A stretch of DNA of 64,000 bases. Origin: Deinococcus hopiensis KR-140 (GTDB lineage: Bacteria > Deinococcota > Deinococci > Deinococcales > Deinococcaceae). The position numbers and the translations under genes are program-made. The notes under the pieces were generated by a model. It searched no databases. It saw nothing but the letters and a program-made list of their open reading frames with translations, and had not been told where the DNA came from. Below, piece after piece: positions 57,523 through 64,000 of the stretch. Every line of letters starts with the position of its first letter. The stretch's first letter is position 1. The stretch spans positions 15,998 through 79,997 of the forward strand of contig CALPYF020000013.1 of NCBI GenBank assembly GCA_943327755.2, in the 5' to 3' direction.

Positions 57523-58296
57523 TCAGTTCAGCAGGAAGCCGAGTTCGGTGCCCTCTGGGGTGTCCAGGGTGTAGGCAGAACCTGGGTGGTGGCCGTCCTG
57601 ACTGGCCGCGAGGTAGATGGCGCCATACGTGGCGCTGAACGTGCGCCAGTCGTCCCGGTGGAGCGCGCAGACCACGGGAGTTTCCGGGAGGGTCATGAAG
57701 CGGACGCGGCCCTGTCCGACCAGTGGCTCAGCCACAGGGAGGCACACCTCGGTCTGGAGAGGACCGCTGAAGTAGTCCTGCCCGTGGTAAAGGCCGAAGT
57801 CCATGCCCTGCACCTGAACCCCAGCGGTCTGGGCGTGCTGGCGTAACGTCCAGACGCTCTGGCGGTAGTAGGTGTCAAAGCTCTCCGCTTCGGCATTCAT
57901 GGTGAGACTCAGGACATGCTGCGCCTCCCAGCAGCGGTACCGGACGCTCACGCTGGGTAGCACCCGCCGTCCATTCAGTAGTTCCCCTACCTCCAGCAGC
58001 AGTTCACGTTTTCTCTGAAACTGTTCGATGAGGCGTCGCTCGTGCCGTTCGAGAATCGCCGTGGCCTGCTCCGGGGAACCGCTGAGAAGGTCGTTTAATT
58101 CATTCAGGGGAAGGTCCAGGGCGCGCAGATGGGCGAACCTCTGGCCGAGCGGAATCTGTTCCGGGGTGTAGTACCGGTACCCGTTGTCCTGATCAATCTG
58201 GGCAGGCGAGAGGATTCCGCTGTCGGCATAGAACCGGAGTGCGGAGACACTGAGGCCGACCAGGGACGCAAACTGTCCGATGGAGAGCAGTTTCAT
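57523..58296 (-). CDS. MerR-family regulator with a GyrI-like effector domain (257 aa)
   Basis: LSIGQFASLVGLSVSALRFY...NGYRYY and a C-terminal effector domain. AGGAGG RBS. Confidence 0.92.
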   Translation of the reverse strand: MKLLSIGQFASLVGLSVSALRFYADSGILSPAQIDQDNGYRYYTPEQIPLGQRFAHLRALDLPLNELNDLLSGSPEQATAILERHERRLIEQFQRKRELLLEVGELLNGRRVLPSVSVRYRCWEAQHVLSLTMNAEAESFDTYYRQSVWTLRQHAQTAGVQVQGMDFGLYHGQDYFSGPLQTEVCLPVAEPLVGQGRVRFMTLPETPVVCALHRDDWRTFSATYGAIYLAASQDGHHPGSAYTLDTPEGTELGFLLN

Positions 58297-58314
58297 GCTT
58301 ACCTCCTAGGCGTC

Positions 58315-58345
58315 AGTGTGAAGTCTCAGGCCGCTTGAGAGTCAA
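58315..58345 (-). promoter_or_regulatory. MerR-type promoter/operator
   Basis: On the minus strand TTGACT-N19-CACACT, with the dyad TCTCA-N7-TGAGA in the 19-bp spacer. Confidence 0.75.
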
Positions 58346-58454
58346 GGGCAACACCCCAAGGTGTCTGCGGTTACCCGTTGTTCGTACCCCCGGGGCACGC
58401 CAGGACATGCGCGTGACCCTGACGCCCGAGCACGTGGACGCCCAGGTGGCGTGA
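58344..58454 (+). pseudogene. probable 3' remnant of the gene starting at 55857
   Basis: KGNTPRCLRLPVVRTPGARQDMRVTLTPEHVDAQVA*. Its stop abuts the next hairpin, as for intact genes. Confidence 0.5.
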
Positions 58455-58488
58455 AGCCCTGGCCCCGCCCCGGGGCCACGCCTCACGG

Positions 58489-59013
58489 ATGCCGAGAACG
58501 CCCCGCACCCCACGCACGCCCGAGCAGGCCAGTGCACGCAACGCCCAGCGCTGGAATGACCGCCAGCGTGCCCGCCTGCCCCTGTTCATGGACGCCGGGC
58601 TGGAGGGCGACCTGATCCGGACTGGCGTCCTGCGCGACCGCCGCCCTGATCATCAAGTCCGGCTGAATGAGGACCTGCGAGAGCGGCTCGGGGCGCTGGA
58701 GGCGGCAGCGGCCGTGCGCGGTGAGCAGTTCCGCCGCTCAATGAAGTCCCACTGCCCAGAGACCTATCCCGCTGCGCTGCGTCAGTTGCGCCGCCTGCGG
58801 GCGCTCGCGCCGAGCCTGCGGCGGGCCATCCACACGAGCGATCACTGGCTCACGGCGCTGCGCCGCGCGCTTCCCGAGGGCGCACTCCTGAACATCCTGG
58901 ACGAGATCTGGACAGAGCACGCCCAGACGCTGCGGCAGCTGTCAGACATCGACGCGCGCATTCAACGGAAGACCGCGCTTGGCCAGGTGAACCCCTGGCA
59001 CCCCGTGGACTGA
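58489..59013 (+). CDS. basic helical hypothetical protein (174 aa), hairpin-led
   Basis: ATG 10 nt after the hairpin; RLPLF motif. Confidence 0.75.
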   Translation: MPRTPRTPRTPEQASARNAQRWNDRQRARLPLFMDAGLEGDLIRTGVLRDRRPDHQVRLNEDLRERLGALEAAAAVRGEQFRRSMKSHCPETYPAALRQLRRLRALAPSLRRAIHTSDHWLTALRRALPEGALLNILDEIWTEHAQTLRQLSDIDARIQRKTALGQVNPWHPVD

Positions 59014-59021
59014 AGTCGAGA

Positions 59022-59279
59022 TCAGAGGAGCAGCGTGACGAGGCCCGCGGCAGCCACACCACCAGTGAGGTACACGGGCATCCGTCCGAGGGCCGCTGTG
59101 ACCCGCTCGCCAGGCCGAACAAAACCAAGCGTCCACACGTTCAGAAGGGCCAGCGCCACGACGAACCCACAGGCCAGCAGGACCGCCCAGTGCAGGAGCG
59201 GGAGAGGGAACACGACGGCCAGCAGGACGCTCACGAGAAGCGCAGCGGCAATCAGGAAGGTCTCCTGATCGGCCGTCAC
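59022..59279 (-). CDS. small membrane protein (85 aa)
   Basis: Three hydrophobic segments; start overlaps the upstream stop. Confidence 0.6.
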   Translation of the reverse strand: MTADQETFLIAAALLVSVLLAVVFPLPLLHWAVLLACGFVVALALLNVWTLGFVRPGERVTAALGRMPVYLTGGVAAAGLVTLLL

Positions 59280-59998
59280 GAAGCCACACCAGTACGAGTC
59301 ATAGGTCTACTCTGCACAAACAGGGCTGCCAGGGGCAAGACCACGCCCGGTCCGACGAGTTCACCCGCGCGCTCCTGCAGGAAGGCGGCGGGCACACTGA
59401 GCCCGTCCGCGCTCACGACGAAGAGCATACCTGTGGGGTGCGCCCAGACGACGTGCCCGCCCAGCTCCCGGGCGTGCGGCCACGCCCCCATGCGGCCGGT
59501 GACGGCACACGCCGTCCAGTGGCGCACCCACGCCGCGAGGGCCGGGTGAACGCCGCACAAGCGGACGCCCTGCACCTGACGGGCGAGGTGGAGTCCCGAC
59601 TGGGGGTCACGGGTGGTGACCGTGAGGTGCGGGGCGAAACCGCCGCCGTGCGCGGTAGGCGTATCCAGGGTTGGGTGGAAGGCCTGGACACTGAGGAAGC
59701 GAGTCTGGCTCACGCTGTACCGGACGCCGCCGGTGGCCAGGGTGAAGCGGACGGTGGTGACGTGCAAGGTCTCCTCGACGAGATCCTGCTCATTCAGGGC
59801 GGTCAGGGGCTGGACGTGGTAGCGGACCTGGCCGGCCTGGGTGTTCAGGAGGTGCGCGACCCGCAAGGCATTCGCTTCCGGGCAGTGCAGGACGTGCAGT
59901 GGGGTGCGGACGGGGCCGCCGGGGGCGTCGTGGGTGCGCAGGAGGGCGAACACGCCGGGAACGGGCGCGCCATCGTGGGGGTGTGGGGGGAGGGACAT
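59276..59998 (-). CDS. hypothetical protein (240 aa)
   Basis: Minus-strand frame with coding-like codon usage from ATG 59998. Confidence 0.55.
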   Translation of the reverse strand: MSLPPHPHDGAPVPGVFALLRTHDAPGGPVRTPLHVLHCPEANALRVAHLLNTQAGQVRYHVQPLTALNEQDLVEETLHVTTVRFTLATGGVRYSVSQTRFLSVQAFHPTLDTPTAHGGGFAPHLTVTTRDPQSGLHLARQVQGVRLCGVHPALAAWVRHWTACAVTGRMGAWPHARELGGHVVWAHPTGMLFVVSADGLSVPAAFLQERAGELVGPGVVLPLAALFVQSRPMTRTGVAS

Positions 59999-60160
59999 AA
60001 CCAGAGCGTCCCGTGCGTAGGGGTGACGAGTGCAAAAACATGCGGTCCCAGTGGACCCGGTGGTCAGGGGTGGCCTGCCCGGGGGGCAGGCCAGGGCAGA
60101 GGGGTTCACGCGTGTCGCACGCCGATCACGCCCGTTTCGTCCTCATTCCAGGAGCACCCC

Positions 60161-60670
60161 ATGAACGAGATTCCGCACCGCAGCAGCCTCGTGCTGGTCG
60201 ACGCCATCGGCACCCGCATCACCGTGTACGCGAACACTCCGCAGGAACTCCGCGCCCTGCAACGCGAGTACGGACGGCGAGGGTACCGCCCCGAAGGGGA
60301 GATCCCGTGCGGCGGCCTCCAATTGCCGTACGCGCAGCACGACACGTTCGACTGGTCGCTGATCGGCGCGACCCCGTGGACGAGCCCGGATGGAGAGCGG
60401 GGCGTGATTCATGACGGCAGCTTTTACAAGCTCAGGGAGCTCGAAGCCGTGGACTCCAGGAAGATGAAGTTACCTCAGGCCCTGAAGTACAGCCGTGGGG
60501 CCCGGGAGACCGACCCGGAGCACCTCGTGGAGGAATCGAACGGGGAGTTCAAGTACCGGACGCTGATCATGTTTCGGGGTGGCGGGAAGGCCATGCCGGA
60601 ATTCAGCCTGCCGGGCGGGCAGCGGCAGCGGCACGCGGTGGGGCCCGCGCAGGAGAACGCCGCCGACTGA
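60161..60670 (+). CDS. ddrB: DdrB ssDNA-binding/annealing protein homologue (169 aa)
   Basis: GEIP.GG.Q.P...FDWSLIGA..W.SP.GE..VIH.G..Y..RELEAVDSRK.KLP.A.KYSRGA is nearly the D. radiodurans DdrB core as recalled. CAGGAG RBS. Confidence 0.92.
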   Translation: MNEIPHRSSLVLVDAIGTRITVYANTPQELRALQREYGRRGYRPEGEIPCGGLQLPYAQHDTFDWSLIGATPWTSPDGERGVIHDGSFYKLRELEAVDSRKMKLPQALKYSRGARETDPEHLVEESNGEFKYRTLIMFRGGGKAMPEFSLPGGQRQRHAVGPAQENAAD

Positions 60671-60805
60671 CCCGCGAGTGGGGGAGAGGACCGTGCCTCT
60701 TCCCCTCCCGCATGCCTTCGCTTCAGGGGTGGCCCCACCGATGCGGTGGGGCCAGGCCGCGCTGCAACCCCACGCGCTCTGTCGTGGCGTTCAGGAGACC
60801 CCATC

Positions 60806-63589
60806 ATGCCTAAAACTGCCCCACGTGCCCGCCCGATCCCCTTCACCCCTCGACTGACGCCACCGGACGCCCGGTTTGCAGTGCCGACCCTGAGCGCGGA
60901 CGCGCAACTTGCGTACGACCGTCTCTCCCAGGATGGACGGCTCTCCCAGGTGGCCCTGACCAGACTCGTCGGGGAAGCGCGGGCAGGAGAAGTGCTGGCG
61001 GAACTCACGGCGGCGTGGCTGGCTGTGGAGGTGCCGGGGGGCCTGGAGACGCGCACGGGCCGGGCAGGGTACATCGCGCCCGTGGCGTGGGTGCCGGCAG
61101 CGGGTCTGCTGGAGGTGGAGGCGGCCGCGCGGCTGCTCTCTGGGCGCAGTGGGCTGCTGGGGATGTTTGCGCGGGCGCTGGACATGGATTCGGCAGGGGC
61201 GCTGGGGGTGATGCGGGCCCTGGTGATGCTGGGCCTGGCGCAGGGCGGTCCGGTGGGGGCGACGTTCGCATTCCGGGTGCATGCTCAGGATCAGGTGCAC
61301 GTGCAGGAGGTCCAGGCTTGCCCGCCATCTGGCGGGCATGTTCGCCTGGAGGCGAGTGTGGTGGAGGCGCCGGTGAACGGTGAGGGTGATCGCCATAGCG
61401 TGGTCACCCCTACGCCGCATACCGTGAAGGCAGGAGGCGAGCGTATGACCCGGTCTATTCCAGCGCAGTTCACGGTCGAGCAGCGGCAGTTCATGACGGC
61501 CGTCACGACGTCGAGACGACACCTGTTCCTGCGGGCGACCGCCGGGGCGGGGAAGACGACCACGTTGACGGAGGCGGCGTGGCACCTGGAGGAGCGTGGC
61601 GTGTACTTCGCGTACAACCGGCACGCCGTCTCGGACCTCCAGCCGCGCTTACCGGCCCGGGTGCGCGCCCTGACGCTGCACTCGCATGGATTCCGCCTCC
61701 TGCAGCAGCAGCTGGGCAGCCCCTTGCAGATCCTCGACGAGAAGGGCCGCCTGGTCGCGTCCACGGTGATCCCGGACCACACACAGCTCCATGCACCGGC
61801 TGCGCGGGCGTGGACGATCGCGCGCGAGGAAGGCCTGCATGTCCCGACGCCTGAGCAGGCGAAGTGGCTGGCGGACCGGGCGGAGTGGCCCGCGGCGCCC
61901 GACGAGCTGGTGGACTTGATCCCCGTGTTCCATCAGGTGGGCGCGGACCTGTGGTCGGACGCAGGTGCGGCGGACTTCACGGACCTGCTATGGCTGCCGG
62001 TGACGCTCGGGTACGGGGTTGGGAGCCTGTCCCTGGCACTCGTCGACGAGGCGCAGGACCTCACGCCGCTGCGGCAACGGTACGTGTTGCACCTGCTGGG
62101 CCTGCGTGGCGCGTCAGCGTCCCCTGGGCGGCTGATCTTCGTGGGGGACAGCGACCAGTCGATCTACACCTGGGCGGGGGCTGACCCCATGGCACTGTCC
62201 CGCCTCAAAGAGCGCGTGGACGCCTTGGAACTTCCGCTGAGCGTGTCGTTCCGCTGTCCGCGTGAGGTGGTGCGGTACGCGCGGGCGCACTCGAGCTTCA
62301 TCCGGCCAGCGCCGCGCGCGGAGCCGGGCATCGTCGAGCATGTCAGCGCAGAAACGGCCACGTACGCTCGCGGGGACGTGGTGCTGTGCCGCACGAACGC
62401 ACCGTTGATCCGTCTGGCGCTGGAGTTGATGAGTCGGAAACTCAGTGTGGCGGTGACCGGGCGGGATCTCGCGCAGCGCCTGCGGGACGGCGTGACGGAG
62501 GCGTTCCCACCGGACTTCGAGAACGACATGGTGACGGACCTTGTCCGGGCGTACCTGGAGCCAGTTGCTGCGCCACTGAAGGCGCGGGCGAGTACGGGTG
62601 ACCAGGGAGCCCGGCGGGCGCTGACGGAACTCCTGGACGTGGGGCGTTGCCTGCGGTACCTGGCGTGGGTGGTGTCGCGGCGCACGGGTGCGGGAACCCA
62701 GGCGGATGCGCTGACGCTCCTGGGGCAGCTGTGCCGGGAGGACGCGGAGGCGGACGTGCTGCTGGCGTCGGTGCACCGGGCCAAGGGCAAGGAGTGGCCG
62801 CGCGTGACCATCCTGTACCCCGAGCTGATGCCGCTGAGTCAGGGGGACGAGGCGGAGGAGCGAGCCGTGCAGTTCGTGGCGGTGACGCGCGCGCAGCGGG
62901 TGTTGCGGTTCGCATACGGGAAGGAGGCGTGGGCGGCGCAGCAGCTCGTGGTGCCGGGCGTCCTACCCGCTGTGGAAGTGGAGGAGGTCGCACCTGAACT
63001 GCCTGCCTGGGCCGAGGTGCTGGAAGGTGTTGCTCCGGTGCCCTCGCCCGTTCTGGCCGTGTCGGTGCCGCCGCCCAGCTCGGGGTGCCGGTCGATGCTG
63101 CCGGCGCTGCCGCAGGGGGGACCGCCGGTGGCGACTCTGACGGATCTCCGGGGGGCGTGGCCGCTGTTCGGTGGGGGCACGCCCATGCCGCTGGGTCTCG
63201 TACGCGAGCGGCTGGCGGCGCTCGCTGAGGAGGATCGGACCTTGCTGCGCACGTGGGCGGTCGACGGTCTGACGCTGCTGCAGGGCGTGGAGGCGCCGTA
63301 CGTGGCGGTGCACGAGGTGCACCTGGCGTTGTTCGAGCGGGCGGCGCGTCAGGCGCGACTGGCGATTCCGGCAATGTTCGGGACGGGCGTGCCGGTGTGT
63401 GTGTTTGAAGGGCCGCTGTTGCGCGTGCGCCTGGCGCGGAAGGTGCGGCTGAGCGGGCGGGTTCTGCGGGTGGCACTGGGGGACGTGGAATTGCGGTTCG
63501 ACCGGGCAAGTGGGGAACTGCTGGATGGGGCGGAACCACTCGCGCCGTTCATCCGGCCGGCGGAGTTGGGTCGTTTGCAGGCCAGCTGA
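60806..63589 (+). CDS. UvrD/Rep-family SF1 helicase with N- and C-terminal extensions (927 aa; strong internal start at 61445)
   Basis: ATAGAGKT, TLHSHG, DFTDLL, VDEAQD, VGDSDQSIY, SFRC, CRTNA, SVHRAKGKEW and FVAVTRA. Confidence 0.9.
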   Translation: MPKTAPRARPIPFTPRLTPPDARFAVPTLSADAQLAYDRLSQDGRLSQVALTRLVGEARAGEVLAELTAAWLAVEVPGGLETRTGRAGYIAPVAWVPAAGLLEVEAAARLLSGRSGLLGMFARALDMDSAGALGVMRALVMLGLAQGGPVGATFAFRVHAQDQVHVQEVQACPPSGGHVRLEASVVEAPVNGEGDRHSVVTPTPHTVKAGGERMTRSIPAQFTVEQRQFMTAVTTSRRHLFLRATAGAGKTTTLTEAAWHLEERGVYFAYNRHAVSDLQPRLPARVRALTLHSHGFRLLQQQLGSPLQILDEKGRLVASTVIPDHTQLHAPAARAWTIAREEGLHVPTPEQAKWLADRAEWPAAPDELVDLIPVFHQVGADLWSDAGAADFTDLLWLPVTLGYGVGSLSLALVDEAQDLTPLRQRYVLHLLGLRGASASPGRLIFVGDSDQSIYTWAGADPMALSRLKERVDALELPLSVSFRCPREVVRYARAHSSFIRPAPRAEPGIVEHVSAETATYARGDVVLCRTNAPLIRLALELMSRKLSVAVTGRDLAQRLRDGVTEAFPPDFENDMVTDLVRAYLEPVAAPLKARASTGDQGARRALTELLDVGRCLRYLAWVVSRRTGAGTQADALTLLGQLCREDAEADVLLASVHRAKGKEWPRVTILYPELMPLSQGDEAEERAVQFVAVTRAQRVLRFAYGKEAWAAQQLVVPGVLPAVEVEEVAPELPAWAEVLEGVAPVPSPVLAVSVPPPSSGCRSMLPALPQGGPPVATLTDLRGAWPLFGGGTPMPLGLVRERLAALAEEDRTLLRTWAVDGLTLLQGVEAPYVAVHEVHLALFERAARQARLAIPAMFGTGVPVCVFEGPLLRVRLARKVRLSGRVLRVALGDVELRFDRASGELLDGAEPLAPFIRPAELGRLQAS

Positions 63590-64000
63590 CGGGGACCAGT
63601 CACCGAAGGCGTTCGCAGAGCTGTTCAGTCGGCGGGTGAGTGGGTGCCGTATCGTGACACATCTCCACCTGATTTCGAGGCGAAGTGCCCTGGGAAGGCG
63701 TGCACCGTACCCCCTGGGCGCCTCTGTGCTGGCTTTGAAGCCACCAGCAAACGTCTCTGAGTAGGCAGAGACGTAGATGATCTTGCTCACCCGTTTCCGG
63801 CCCGCCTGAAGCTTCCGGGGCGTGCATCGTTTGCTCGGCAGTTCAGCCACAGATTCCTGTGAAACGACGAAAGCATTTGATGAGGCACCGATCTGAGCAC
63901 CCTGTCCGGGGCAGTCGCAGGCAGGTCCGTCCCCGCAGATTTCAGAGAGGGGCAGGGTTGAGCGTTGCTCTGCACTGTGCTGGAGCCGGGGGGGTGGATA

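Larger units (their letters stand above)
9377..58488 (+). promoter_or_regulatory. dispersed family of ~33 hairpin elements AG-NNN-TGGCC-(stem-loop)-GGCCA-N10-ATG
   Basis: Precede ATGs at 9412, 9740, 10146, 10972, 11691, 12196, 12920, 13432, 13793, 14606, 21326, 22923, 24469, 26090, 26982 (degenerate), 29946, 35205, 35944, 37182, 37479, 39984, 40732, 43023, 43795, 45853, 46266, 47536, 48509, 51467, 54040, 55468, 55857 and 58489. Spacing is 10 nt except 9 nt at 29946, 45853 and 47536. Inner stems covary. Confidence 0.9.

Noticed and set aside
9377-58488. Hairpins as intrinsic terminators or integron attC sites
   Set aside because: There are no U-tracts, and spacing is fixed to the downstream ATG rather than to the upstream stop. 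There are no GTTRRRY/RYYYAAC cores or extrahelical bases, and no tyrosine integrase in the window. A cassette-mobility role is not fully excluded.
60100-60160. RDRM (DdrO box) upstream of ddrB
   Set aside because: No 17-bp TTAYG-N-CRTAA-like palindrome is visible by eye. A PWM scan would be needed to exclude a weak site.
1098-63850. Numerous long antisense or alternate-frame ORFs (for example 1098-2327, 15785-18034, 32191-33873, 39891-41855, 48586-51468)
   Set aside because: These are shadow ORFs expected at ~70% GC. They overlap genes with recognisable motifs and have no motifs of their own.
1-64000. IS elements, integrases, relaxase, tRNA or rRNA genes
   Set aside because: No DDE, HUH, tyrosine or serine recombinase motifs, terminal inverted repeats, cloverleafs or rRNA-like sequence were recognised.

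Overview
High-GC segment of a conjugative plasmid from the Deinococcus group. The assignment rests on a clear DdrB homologue, a tandem-OB SSB, a Deinococcus-type Rep with iterons, and leaderless TAnnnT promoters. Layout: (i) 1-7.1 kb, the end of a conjugation operon (VirB6/TrbL-like, VirD4/TraG coupling protein, PLD-fold protein, ATPase). (ii) 7.2-9.3 kb, two minus-strand genes and a non-coding region with 43-44 bp periodic repeats. (iii) 9.4-63.6 kb, an almost entirely plus-strand tract of establishment-type genes. It contains SSB, DdrB, ParB-like, a DarB-like methyltransferase-helicase, MoxR-vWA-Toprim, two TGT-fold proteins, Ski2-like and UvrD helicases, an expanded PRTRC (E1/E2/Ubl-like) cluster and many small hypothetical genes. 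The tract is interrupted by rep and iterons, parAB with a candidate parS, a DUF4157 toxin-immunity pair and three cargo insertions. The strongest unexplained signal is a family of about 33 covarying GC-rich hairpins, AG-NNN-TGGCC-(stem-loop)-GGCCA, each ending almost always exactly 10 nt before an ATG with no Shine-Dalgarno. This puts the terminal A at the -11 promoter position of a leaderless transcript. All family assignments come from motif recognition by eye; no database searches were run.
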